NCBI GenBank assembly: GCA_043782405.1
Contig: JAYWAN010000086.1
Coordinates: forward strand, 4,985-68,984
DNA: 64,000 nt
Direction of reading: 5' to 3'
Origin: Chitinophagaceae bacterium
GTDB taxonomy: Bacteria > Bacteroidota > Bacteroidia > Chitinophagales > Chitinophagaceae
The notes below the pieces were generated by a model. That model did no database searches and was not told the DNA's origin. It was given only the letters and a program-made list of their open reading frames with translations. Below are positions 1-9,321 of this stretch, one piece after another. The position numbers were made by a program, and so were the translations under genes. The first letter of the stretch is position 1. Each line of letters opens with the position of its first letter.

Positions 1-96
1 CGGTCTTTTTTATTAGCTACACCTGCCTGCTGCATTTTATTGCACAACAACTACCGTCCCTCAATAATTTTATCAAAGTAATTACAAAAACAGATC

Positions 97-1161
97 ATGT
101 TAGATAAACTGGATGCCATAAAAGGAAGATTTGATAACCTTGGTGTTGCGCTCACCAATCCGGAGATCGTGAGCGACAACAAAAAATTTGCTGCCACCAG
201 CAAGGAATACCGCAGCCTGGAAAAAATTGTGAATGGCAGGAATGAGTATGTAAAAATACTGGACGACATCGAGTTCAATAAAGAAGTATTGAATAGCGAT
301 GATGAAGAAATGCGGGAAATGGCAAAACAGGAATTGCCTGTACTGGAAGCAAGAAAGGCCGAACTGGAAGCATCGCTAAGGAATATGCTTATCCCGAAGG
401 ATCCTTATGATGAGAAGAATGCCATCCTGGAAATTCGTGCAGGTACCGGCGGTGATGAAGCTTCACTTTTTGCCGGCGACCTTTTACGTATGTACCTGAA
501 ATACTGTGAAAAGAAAGGGTGGAAGACGGCCCTGCTGAGCGAAAGTGAAGGTACGGTGGGCGGTTATAAGGAAGTACAGGTGGAAGTAGTGGGCGATGAT
601 GTGTACGGCACCCTTAAATTTGAAAGCGGCGTGCACCGTGTACAGCGTGTACCCGACACCGAAAGCAGCGGCCGTGTGCATACCAGTGCAGCCACCGTAG
701 CCGTGATGCCCGAAGCGGAAGAGATAGATTTTGAACTGAAGGAAAGTGATGTAAAAATGGAAACGGCAAGGAGTGGTGGCGCAGGCGGACAAAACGTAAA
801 TAAAGTGGAAACAAAAGTATTCCTCACCCATAAGCCAACAGGCATTGTAGTAGTTTGCCAAACAGAACGCAGCCAGCTCGGCAACAGGGAGAAAGCCATG
901 GATATGCTGCGCACAAAATTATACGATGAAGAAGTGCGTAAGGCCGAAGAAGCCATTTCGCATAAGCGTAAGAGTTTGGTGAGCACCGGCGACAGGAGCG
1001 CTAAAATCAGGACTTATAATTATCCCCAGGGCCGTGTTACCGACCACCGTATCGGCCTCACTGTATATAATTTAGATACAGTGCTGAATGGGGAAGTACA
1101 GGAATTTATTGATGCACTGCAGTTTGCAGAGAATGCGGAGAAGATGACGGCGCAGCAATGA
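97..1161 (+). CDS. prfA: Peptide chain release factor 1
   Basis: GGQ motif ([11 protein letters not shown]), RF1 PxT motif (RVPDTES), [11 protein letters not shown]; 354 aa. Confidence 0.97.
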   Translation: MLDKLDAIKGRFDNLGVALTNPEIVSDNKKFAATSKEYRSLEKIVNGRNEYVKILDDIEFNKEVLNSDDEEMREMAKQELPVLEARKAELEASLRNMLIPKDPYDEKNAILEIRAGTGGDEASLFAGDLLRMYLKYCEKKGWKTALLSESEGTVGGYKEVQVEVVGDDVYGTLKFESGVHRVQRVPDTESSGRVHTSAATVAVMPEAEEIDFELKESDVKMETARSGGAGGQNVNKVETKVFLTHKPTGIVVVCQTERSQLGNREKAMDMLRTKLYDEEVRKAEEAISHKRKSLVSTGDRSAKIRTYNYPQGRVTDHRIGLTVYNLDTVLNGEVQEFIDALQFAENAEKMTAQQ

Positions 1162-1324
1162 GTGAAGTAAGCATCAATGATCCATTCGGTACGCAATTCA
1201 GGTCGTTTTCGGAACTTGTTATCAGCCCATAGGGCCAAAAGATATTTTAAACTGATAAATGCATCTATACTTACATTTATCCTATCTTCATTTTGTATTT
1301 CCCAATTAATCAAAAAACAAAAAC

Positions 1325-1972
1325 ATGCTTGACAAATTAGTTGATCTGGTCAAAGGCCTTGCCGGGGATGCGGTGGTAAATAACCCCGATGTACCCAATG
1401 AACATAATGATGCCGTAGTGGCAGAAGCCACCAATACTGTTGCAGGTGGCTTACAGAATATGGTCGCAGGCGGCGGTCTGCAAAGTATCTTATCGCTTTT
1501 TGGCGGCGGTGGCAGTGCCGGTCAGCCACAAACCAGCAAGAGTTTATTAAGTAATCCTATTGTAAACATGATGATCGGGCATTTTGCCAGCAAACTAATG
1601 AGTAAATTCGGACTGGGCAGTAGCCAGGCCAGCGGCGTTGCCAATAACCTTATCCCGAATGTACTGAACGGTTTGATCAATAAGACCAATGATCCGAACG
1701 ATAGCAATTTTACCTTAGATAATTTATTACACTCCCTAACCGGCGGACAAAGTACACAGGTTGCCCAGGATCAACAGGCAAGTGGCGATAGCGGCTTTAG
1801 TTTCCAAAACCTGATCAGCAAATTTACCGGCGGTGGCGGACAGCAAACCGCAGGTGGCGGTGGTGGTGGTTTCATGGATATCGTAAAAAAGATCGCCGGG
1901 GGGGCACAAAATCAGCAGCAACAATCTGGTGGCGGGGGTTTCATGGACATGATAAAAGGTTTCCTGAAATAA
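1325..1972 (+). CDS. Gly/Gln-rich hypothetical protein (DUF937/YidB-like)
   Basis: 215-aa ORF with A-rich leader, amphipathic helices separated by GGG runs, followed by a terminator. Confidence 0.7.
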   Translation: MLDKLVDLVKGLAGDAVVNNPDVPNEHNDAVVAEATNTVAGGLQNMVAGGGLQSILSLFGGGGSAGQPQTSKSLLSNPIVNMMIGHFASKLMSKFGLGSSQASGVANNLIPNVLNGLINKTNDPNDSNFTLDNLLHSLTGGQSTQVAQDQQASGDSGFSFQNLISKFTGGGGQQTAGGGGGGFMDIVKKIAGGAQNQQQQSGGGGFMDMIKGFLK

Positions 1973-1992
1973 GGTTTACACAAATAAATGTT

Positions 1993-2024
1993 AAAGCGCC
2001 CCAAAAAACAGGGCGCTTTTTTTT
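1993..2024 (+). terminator. Intrinsic terminator
   Basis: Stem AAAGCGCCC/GGGCGCTTT, 9-nt loop, T8 tail. Confidence 0.85.
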
Positions 2025-2198
2025 ACCATTAAACCCTGGTAATGATCCACGGTCATATATGAAGCCGCTTAAAATGAACTAAAAAAAAGTAGCGGGTTTA
2101 AAATAATAAGTTCTTTTTTTCGTTCTATGTGCAATAAGGCTGGACAAGGCATCTAATATTTAATATTATAAAACCCTTAACAGCAGTAGCAAAACCTT

Positions 2199-2214
2199 TG
2201 GCACCTGTTTTGCG
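2199..2214 (+). promoter_or_regulatory. Sigma-54 (-24/-12) promoter
   Basis: TGGCACCTGTTTTGCG = TGGCAC-N5-TTGC; GG 2200-2201 and GC 2212-2213 exactly 10 nt apart; intergenic. Confidence 0.7.
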
Positions 2215-2224
2215 TTAGTAATAA

Positions 2225-2311
2225 TAGAATAGGCAACCTTTAATTTTCAATTTTCTCATAAGCAGTTAGTTTTGGTAACGGCCCCCGTTTCTACGGGGGC
2301 TTCTCTTTTTT
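2225..2311 (+). ncRNA. Candidate sigma-54-dependent small RNA (~87 nt)
   Basis: Lies between the sigma-54 motif and hairpin GCCCCCGT-TTCT-ACGGGGGC plus T-rich tail; no + strand ATG inside; start inferred from -12 spacing. Confidence 0.5.
2281..2311 (+). terminator. Intrinsic terminator
   Basis: Perfect 8-bp GC-rich stem, 4-nt loop, TTCTCTTTTTT tail. Confidence 0.8.
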
Positions 2312-2436
2312 ACAGGTACCTGGCCACCAGGCAGGTACAGTTTATCGGTTCGGGAGATCATCCCCTTCGTATTTCCTAAATAACAACCCATTAAAAATAA
2401 GATAGCCCTTAAGTGAATTATCTTTACCAGGCGTAT

Positions 2437-5400
2437 ATGGATAAAGGTTCCCAGATATTTCAAACCAGCAATCCCTCCAGGTGGAAAAGGGTAAAATGGA
2501 CAGGACGTATTGTTTTCTTCGTCTCCCTTTTTGTTATTGCCGTAGTGGCACTGGCTATTGCATTGGCACAAAACCCTTCTGCCAACGTTCAGCCCGGCGA
2601 ATACTTTGGCAATAAGGACAGCATGCAACTATCGGCCTACCACAATAAAAAAATAAAGGGCTTCAAAGATTTCCTGGAAAAAAAGGAAAAGGAAGAATTC
2701 CTGAACAGGCAATCCAAAAGCATCAATAAAACTTCAGGACAATTTATACGGGCTGCATTTTATACCCCCTGGTCGGGCAGTAAATCGGTGCCTTCGCTGC
2801 AAAAGTATGGCGACAAGATCAATGTCATATTTCCTGAATGGTTCTTTATTGACCCCGATAATAATGTAAGGCTGCAGACAAGGATCGACTCGGCAGGGCT
2901 TGCACAAATGCGGCAGCAGCATATCCGCATCATGCCCATGCTAACCAATTTCAATTCCTTCAAAAAAAATAAAGAAGGGAAACCCGCCCCTGATTTTGAT
3001 GGCAACCTCTTGCACACCATCCTGAATGATACGGTAAAACAAAAGAAGTTTATCCAGCAGGTCATTGATACCCTCGAATTTTATCAATGCCAGGGTATCA
3101 ACGTAGATTTTGAAGAACTCAACGAAACATCCACAAAACCACTTACCCGTTTTCAAAAAAATCTTTACAATGCAATGCATGCAAAGCACCTGGTGGTTAC
3201 GCAGGATGTGAGTGCAATGAATGATGATTATGATTTTGAGCAACTATCAATATACAACGATTATGTTATCCTGATGGCCTACGACCAATACAGTAATACC
3301 AGCGGTGCCGGACCCATCTGTGATCAAAAATGGGTGGAAGACGCACTTGACCAGGCCGCAAAAAAAATGGACAGTAAAAAAATCATCCTTGGGCTGGCAG
3401 GGTATGGATATGACTGGGCTACCTGGACAAATAAAGACGGCGAAACAGAAACAGAAGTTACAAGCCGCACTTATGCAGAAGCCATCGACCGTGCAACAGC
3501 TTCGCAGGCTGTTATCGATTTTGATAATGATAATTATAACCTTCATTATACCTATACAGAAAAACAATACGATGCTTCCAGCCCTTTGATCAAACACGTG
3601 GTATGGTTTACAGATGCGGCCACCACTTTCAATATCATGCGTTTTGCAGATGAATACGGACTTGCCGGAACATCCCTTTGGCGAATGGGAAGTGAAGACC
3701 CACGCATTTGGAGTTTCTATAACCTCGACCTGGATAATGAATCCCTGCGTAAGAATCCTTTCAACTTTAATTTGCTTGCACAGGTTCCTATTAACCCCAA
3801 TCAAAAACCATCATGGATAGGACAGGAAGGCGGTGAAATACTGAATATACTCGCAAGCCCGCAGGAAGGAAGGATAAAAATGGAGGTTGACAGCGCTGAA
3901 CAATTAATATCCGAACAGAAATTCATACAACTCCCCTCGGGCTATGTTTACGAAAAGTCGGGAGAAGACACTTCAGAAATAGGGCCGGGGCATAAGATAA
4001 TACTCACTTTTGATGATGGTCCCGGTGACGAATACACGCCACAGATCCTCGACATTCTGGAAAGGGAGAAAGTACCCGCAACTTTTTTTATCGTTGGCCT
4101 GGAAGCGGAAAAGAACCTGCCGGTGCTTAAACGCATTTACCGCGATGGTTTCGAGATCGGCAACCATACGTTTACGCACCACAATATTGCCACCATGAGC
4201 CCCGAGCGGGCCGAAATAGAAATGAAAGCCACGCGGCTGCTGATAGAAGCTGTCACCAATCATTCCACGATATTATTCAGGGCGCCATATAATGCGGATA
4301 GTGAGCCGCAAACTTTTGACGAAATTGAACCGCTTGCACGGAGTAAAAAAAACAACTACATCACTGTTGGGGCAAGTATTGACCCCAATGACTGGGAGCC
4401 CAATAATAATGCAGATTCCATCGTTGCCAAAACGATCAGGATCGCCGAAGCCGGCAATGGCAATATCATCCTCTTACATGATGCCGGTGGCGATACCAGG
4501 CAGGCAACTGTAGATGCATTGCCACGGATCATAAAATATTTTAAGGACAAGGGCTGCAGGTTCACTACCGTAGCCGACCTGATGGGAAAGACAAAAGACG
4601 ATGTGATGCCGCCGGTTAAACAGGACTGGGGAAGTTCATTCAATTATATTTTTCTCGAGATCGTTTACTGGGCAGGTAAAATAATCTTCTCCTTATTCCT
4701 TATCGGTATCTTCTTATCCATTGGCCGCATCATTTTTATGGCAATACTGGCAGCCATGCAAAAAGCAAAAGAAAAAAAGCAGGTAGCCATTTCCGTTACT
4801 ACAACTGTTAACCCGCCATTGGTAAGTGTTATCGTTCCGGCATACAATGAAGAAATAAATGCAGTAAGGACCATAGAAAGTTTATTGCAGCAGGACTATA
4901 GCAACCTGCAGGTGATCTTTGTGGATGATGGCAGCAAGGACAATACTTTTGTAAATGTAGGCAACGATTTCAGCGGTAATGATAAAGTAAAAGTATGTAC
5001 AAAACCCAACGGGGGAAAGGCATCGGCCCTCAACTTCGGGATACAGCAGGCCGAAGGTGAATACGTGGTTTGTATCGATGCCGACACACAATTAAGGGCC
5101 GATGCCGTATCGCAGCTGATGAAAAAATTCACCGATGAAAATGTGGGTGCCGTTGCAGGTAATGTAAAAGTGGGCAACGAAATAAATATGATCACCAAAT
5201 GGCAGAGCATTGAATACATCACTTCGCAAAACTTCGACCGCAGGGCATTTGATTACCTTGATTGCATCACTGTTGTACCCGGCGCCATTGGCGGGTTCAA
5301 TAAAAAAGCTGTTATTGCCTCCGGCGGGTTCACCAGCGATACCCTTGCTGAAGACTGCGATATCACCATGCGACTTCACCGTAACGGCTATACGATAAGG

Positions 5401-5913
5401 AACTGCAATGAAGCCATCTCTTTTACAGAAGCACCAGAAAGTATGCGGCAGTTCATGAAACAAAGATTCCGGTGGAGTTTTGGCGTAATGCAGTGCTTTT
5501 GGAAACACCGGGATGCCGTGCTTAATCCGAAGTATAAAAATTTCGGGCTTATTGCATTGCCGCATATTCTCATCTTCCAGATGATACTGCCCTTTCTTGC
5601 CCCACTTGCCGACCTGGTGCTGGTGATCAGTTTAATTGCAGCATCACTTAATATCATCCCCGCAAGCGCAGGGCACATCATCCTGTATTATGCTGTTTTT
5701 TCTGTGGTGGACATGGCCAGTGCCGCACTGGCTTTTGCTTATGAAAAAGAAGATTATAAAAAACTGCTGTGGATGATCCCGCAACGCTTCATCTACCGAC
5801 AGTTGATGTATTATATTTTATTCAAATCATTTAACAGGGCACTTAAAGGCGAACTACAGGGCTGGGGCGCTTTAAAACGTACCGGTAATGTAAAACAGGT
5901 GTCAACAAATTAA
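2437..5913 (+). CDS. GH18-like hydrolase + CE4 polysaccharide deacetylase + GT2 (PgaC/IcaA-like) fusion protein
   Basis: GINVDFEE (GH18); LTFDDGP, NHTFTH, FRAPY, IILLHD (NodB/CE4); VPAYNEE, DDGS, DAD, AED, QRFRW (processive GT2); TM helices. ATG 2437 preferred over GTG 2413. Confidence 0.9.
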   Translation: MDKGSQIFQTSNPSRWKRVKWTGRIVFFVSLFVIAVVALAIALAQNPSANVQPGEYFGNKDSMQLSAYHNKKIKGFKDFLEKKEKEEFLNRQSKSINKTSGQFIRAAFYTPWSGSKSVPSLQKYGDKINVIFPEWFFIDPDNNVRLQTRIDSAGLAQMRQQHIRIMPMLTNFNSFKKNKEGKPAPDFDGNLLHTILNDTVKQKKFIQQVIDTLEFYQCQGINVDFEELNETSTKPLTRFQKNLYNAMHAKHLVVTQDVSAMNDDYDFEQLSIYNDYVILMAYDQYSNTSGAGPICDQKWVEDALDQAAKKMDSKKIILGLAGYGYDWATWTNKDGETETEVTSRTYAEAIDRATASQAVIDFDNDNYNLHYTYTEKQYDASSPLIKHVVWFTDAATTFNIMRFADEYGLAGTSLWRMGSEDPRIWSFYNLDLDNESLRKNPFNFNLLAQVPINPNQKPSWIGQEGGEILNILASPQEGRIKMEVDSAEQLISEQKFIQLPSGYVYEKSGEDTSEIGPGHKIILTFDDGPGDEYTPQILDILEREKVPATFFIVGLEAEKNLPVLKRIYRDGFEIGNHTFTHHNIATMSPERAEIEMKATRLLIEAVTNHSTILFRAPYNADSEPQTFDEIEPLARSKKNNYITVGASIDPNDWEPNNNADSIVAKTIRIAEAGNGNIILLHDAGGDTRQATVDALPRIIKYFKDKGCRFTTVADLMGKTKDDVMPPVKQDWGSSFNYIFLEIVYWAGKIIFSLFLIGIFLSIGRIIFMAILAAMQKAKEKKQVAISVTTTVNPPLVSVIVPAYNEEINAVRTIESLLQQDYSNLQVIFVDDGSKDNTFVNVGNDFSGNDKVKVCTKPNGGKASALNFGIQQAEGEYVVCIDADTQLRADAVSQLMKKFTDENVGAVAGNVKVGNEINMITKWQSIEYITSQNFDRRAFDYLDCITVVPGAIGGFNKKAVIASGGFTSDTLAEDCDITMRLHRNGYTIRNCNEAISFTEAPESMRQFMKQRFRWSFGVMQCFWKHRDAVLNPKYKNFGLIALPHILIFQMILPFLAPLADLVLVISLIAASLNIIPASAGHIILYYAVFSVVDMASAALAFAYEKEDYKKLLWMIPQRFIYRQLMYYILFKSFNRALKGELQGWGALKRTGNVKQVSTN

Positions 5914-5978
5914 CAGACCAAAAGTAAAAACCTGCCTGACGGTAGCCAGGTTTTCACTCTGCCTTAGTATTTACTCTT

Positions 5979-5986
5979 TACCTTTG
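5979..5986 (+). promoter_or_regulatory. Bacteroidota housekeeping -7 promoter element for tatC
   Basis: TACCTTTG matches TAnnTTTG, 18 nt upstream of the start. Confidence 0.6.
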
Positions 5987-6003
5987 CAAACCAAACTATA
6001 CCA

Positions 6004-6888
6004 TTGGCTACAACAGGATCTGATAGAAAATCTTTTTTTAAGCGTTTACGCGGCAAGGATAGTTCCGTGGCCGGCGAGATGACCTTTATGGATCATATCG
6101 ATGCCCTGCGCTGGCACCTGATGCGTGGTGTGATAGCCTGGCTGGCAGCAGCCATTACAATTTTTATCTGTATCGACTGGGTGTACGATAATATCATACT
6201 TGCCCCTTCCAGCGAAAAATTTGTAACCTATGGCAGCCTGTGCAGGTTTGGCCATTGGCTTGGACTTGGTAATAGCCTCTGTATGCCCCCGGTAAAGATC
6301 AGGTTCCTTGTAACAGAAGTTAACGGCACATTTACCTCGGCTTTAAACATTGCCATGATCGGTGGTGTAATCATCGCTTTTCCTTACCTGTTCTATGAAT
6401 TGTGGCGTTTTGTAAAACCCGCTCTTTCACCAAAAGAAGTGAAGTATGCAAAGGGCAGCATATTATGGGTATCGCTTTGTTTTTTTGCAGGCGCTGCATT
6501 CGGATATTATTTATTGGCCCCCTTTACATTTAATTTTCTTGCCAGTTTTACCCTCGGCAAATCGGGCGCCATACAATACCAACCCAGTATCAATGATTAT
6601 GTAGATACACTCAGTAACCTCATTTTAGGTTGTGGTATCGCATTCGAATTACCCATACTGGCTTATGTACTCGCCAAGATCGGTATCATCTCTGCGCAAT
6701 TTTTAAAAAAATACCGTAAGTATGCATTTGTAATCATTTTAATTGTAGCGGCTGTGATTACCCCCTCACCCGACTGGACCAGCCAGACCATTGTAGCATT
6801 GCCCCTTTTATTGTTATACTGGATCAGTGAAAGAATTACTGCCCGGGTAGATAAACAAAAAGCGAAGGCGGAGAAGGAATGGAGTTAG
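6004..6888 (+). CDS. tatC: Twin-arginine translocase subunit TatC
   Basis: EMTFMDHIDALR, ELWRFVKPAL, GIAFELP, AAVITPSPD; multiple TM helices; TTG start. Confidence 0.95.
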   Translation: MATTGSDRKSFFKRLRGKDSSVAGEMTFMDHIDALRWHLMRGVIAWLAAAITIFICIDWVYDNIILAPSSEKFVTYGSLCRFGHWLGLGNSLCMPPVKIRFLVTEVNGTFTSALNIAMIGGVIIAFPYLFYELWRFVKPALSPKEVKYAKGSILWVSLCFFAGAAFGYYLLAPFTFNFLASFTLGKSGAIQYQPSINDYVDTLSNLILGCGIAFELPILAYVLAKIGIISAQFLKKYRKYAFVIILIVAAVITPSPDWTSQTIVALPLLLLYWISERITARVDKQKAKAEKEWS

Positions 6889-6951
6889 TACAATTAAAAA
6901 ATTAAGCTTTTAGAGTTGGCGTTATGCTGTAACTTTATAAACATACATTAC

Positions 6952-7007
6952 AACTCTTAACTCTTAACTCTTAACTCTTAACTCTTAACTCTTAACTCTT
7001 AACTCTT
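6952..7007 (+). repeat. Tandem heptamer repeat (AACTCTT)x8
   Basis: Eight perfect copies ending 4 nt before the rpiB ATG. Confidence 0.97.
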
Positions 7008-7011
7008 AAAA

Positions 7012-7461
7012 ATGTCTCCGTTCAATTTAAAACTCCCCATCGCTATTGGCTGCGATCACGCAGGATTCGATTGCAAAGAAGACCTCATTTCTTTTTTAGA
7101 AGGTGAAGGTGTTGCGTTCAAAGACTTTGGTACTTACAATAAAGACTCTGTTGATTATCCCGATTTTGCACATCCCGTTGCAAGCGCTGTAGAAAAAGGT
7201 GAAGCGGCATTTGGTATTTTACTTTGTGGCAGCGCAAATGGTGTTGCCATAACAGCAAACAAACACCCCGGCATCCGGGCTGCTATTTGCTGGGGAGAAG
7301 AACTTGCCGAACTGGCCCGCAAACACAATGACGCCAATATCATTTGTATACCCGCACGTTTTGTACGAGACGGCGATGCCGAAAAAATGCTGGATGTTTT
7401 TATGAATACTGCATTTGAAGGCGGAAGGCATGCGAACCGGGTTAACAAAATACCCTGCTAG
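7012..7461 (+). CDS. rpiB: Ribose-5-phosphate isomerase B
   Basis: IGCDHAG, SVDYPD, CGSANG, ARKHNDAN, FEGGRH. Confidence 0.95.
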   Translation: MSPFNLKLPIAIGCDHAGFDCKEDLISFLEGEGVAFKDFGTYNKDSVDYPDFAHPVASAVEKGEAAFGILLCGSANGVAITANKHPGIRAAICWGEELAELARKHNDANIICIPARFVRDGDAEKMLDVFMNTAFEGGRHANRVNKIPC

Positions 7462-7656
7462 GTTATAAGAACAATTAGCGAGAGAGAAAACGAGGATAAA
7501 GGGAGAGCATATTCTTTTTCTTTATTCATTTAGCCCCTCTTATATGCCAAGGTATCCCTGCTTTGGCCGCTGCCGCCCAAATTTGTCCCACCGCTCATAT
7601 AAAATCAATTTATCGTATCTACGATTTGATTATTTTGCCCCCTATAAAATTAATCA

Positions 7657-9246
7657 ATGAAAAAACTTTCCCTCCTCTCTACCCTGTTACTGTGTATAAA
7701 CATTGTCTTTGCCCAAACAAATGATGCCGCAAAATACGCCGGTGTTATCACCCAGGCCGATCTTAAAAAACACCTCACTATTATTGCCAGTGATGAATTT
7801 GAAGGAAGGGAAACAGGTACCGAGGGACAGCGCAAAGCCGCAGCATATATCGAATCGCAGTTTAAAGCGCTGGGATTAAAACCCGCTGCAGCATTAAAAG
7901 GATACCAGCAATTGTATCCTTTATACCAGGATAGTTTACAGGAAACCACCTTAACCATAAATGGCAAGACAGCAGAATTTGCAAAAGATTTTATTGCTCC
8001 GCTCAATACCAATGAAACAGGAAAATTCAAAGGAAAGAAAATAATTTTTGCAGGATACGGTATCGATGATCCAAAATACAGTGACTATACCGGGCTTGAT
8101 GTAAAAGGAAAAGTGGTGGTATTATTTTTAGGCGAGCCGAAGAAAGACGGTAAGTATATCATCAGTGGAACAACCCGCAGTTCGGAATGGACATTTCCGG
8201 GTACCAGTAAAAAATTAGCCGCTGCAGCAGCGAAGGGTGCAGTGGGGGTATTCATCATCAACCCAACACAGGAAACATTTAACCAAAGAATGGTTGAGAA
8301 CGGTAAAAAAACAGGTGTTTATTTTCCAAGGCCGGCTGCTGCTGACGTAAAGTCGGTAGATTATGCCCTGCTATCGCATGCTTTTGCAAAAGAATTGATT
8401 GGAAATAATTTTGATACCCTGATAAAAATGATAAGGGCCAGCCAGCTCATCGATAAGCAATGGGCAATAGATAGGAAAACAAAAGTTGCTTTCAATTTTA
8501 CAAAGTACCGCAATGTTATTAATGCCTGTAATGTGCTGGGTTATATAGAGGGCACCGATAAAAAAGATGAATACGTTTTCCTTACCGGCCACTTCGATCA
8601 CCTGGGCAGGGGGCGTGACGGAAAAATATTCTACGGCGCCGATGATGATGGCAGCGGTACCTGCGCCGTTATTGAAATGGCTACGGCATTTGCCAAAGCC
8701 GCCGCCGAAGGGCATGGCCCAAGAAGAACTGTGGTATTCATGACCGTTAGTGGAGAAGAAAAAGGCCTTTGGGGCAGCGAGTACTACACCGATCATCCCG
8801 TTTTTCCATTGGAGAAAACCACGGTTGACCTGAACACCGATATGATCGGAAGGATAGACACCGAACGCCAAACCGGCGATACATTGAATTATGTATACGT
8901 TATCGGGCACGATAAACTCAGCAGCGACCTGCCTGTTATCAATGAAGGCGCCAATAATAAAAACACGCAGCTGGTACTCGATTATAAATTCGACGACCCC
9001 AATGACCCCAACCGCATTTATTTCCGCAGCGACCATTATAATTTTGCCCGCAAAGGCGTTCCCATTTTATTCTTCTACGATGGTATGCTTAAAGCCGATT
9101 ACCATCGTGTAACCGACACCGTTGATAAAATTAGCTGGGAACTTTATGAAAAGAGGACCCGTATGATATTTAATACCGCATGGGAAATGGCGAACAGGGA
9201 TGAGATGCTTAAACGTGATATCCCTTTGGCTGCAGGCGCAAGATAA
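7657..9246 (+). CDS. Secreted M28 family aminopeptidase with PA domain
   Basis: Signal peptide; GHFDHLG, GADDDGSG, GEEKGLWGS, NTDMIGR, RSDHYNF, DYH. Confidence 0.9.
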   Translation: MKKLSLLSTLLLCINIVFAQTNDAAKYAGVITQADLKKHLTIIASDEFEGRETGTEGQRKAAAYIESQFKALGLKPAAALKGYQQLYPLYQDSLQETTLTINGKTAEFAKDFIAPLNTNETGKFKGKKIIFAGYGIDDPKYSDYTGLDVKGKVVVLFLGEPKKDGKYIISGTTRSSEWTFPGTSKKLAAAAAKGAVGVFIINPTQETFNQRMVENGKKTGVYFPRPAAADVKSVDYALLSHAFAKELIGNNFDTLIKMIRASQLIDKQWAIDRKTKVAFNFTKYRNVINACNVLGYIEGTDKKDEYVFLTGHFDHLGRGRDGKIFYGADDDGSGTCAVIEMATAFAKAAAEGHGPRRTVVFMTVSGEEKGLWGSEYYTDHPVFPLEKTTVDLNTDMIGRIDTERQTGDTLNYVYVIGHDKLSSDLPVINEGANNKNTQLVLDYKFDDPNDPNRIYFRSDHYNFARKGVPILFFYDGMLKADYHRVTDTVDKISWELYEKRTRMIFNTAWEMANRDEMLKRDIPLAAGAR

Positions 9247-9252
9247 AATGCC

Positions 9253-9315
9253 AAACCACTAAGGGCATAAGCAACACTAAGAAAACGGTAGTGAACCTGG
9301 TACCCTCAGTGGTTT
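9253..9315. repeat. REP-like imperfect inverted repeat between convergent genes
   Basis: AAACCACTAAGGGCA ... TACCCTCAGTGGTTT (13/15 complementary); internal CACTAAG repeat. Confidence 0.55.
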
Positions 9316-9321
9316 TTAAAA

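Noticed and set aside
97-1161. Programmed frameshift in the release factor gene
   Set aside because: This is RF1 (PxT motif) with an uninterrupted frame; the frameshift belongs to prfB.
1830-1940. GGC/GGT-rich runs as a DNA repeat element
   Set aside because: They simply encode Gly linkers.
2215-2259. 14-codon minus-strand ORF MRKLKIKGCLFYYY antisense to the candidate sRNA (Tyr attenuator or type I toxin?)
   Set aside because: No downstream minus-strand gene to attenuate and too short for a TM toxin. It remains a weak alternative explanation for the start-like core.
6952-7007. Repeat array considered as a CRISPR
   Set aside because: 7-bp units with no spacers, and no cas genes in the window.
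8371-9036. Long antisense ORFs (also 3247-3804, 28734-29354, 37618-38154, 52629-53240, 54314-54835)
   Set aside because: Shadows of well-supported genes on the opposite strand, with no recognisable motifs.
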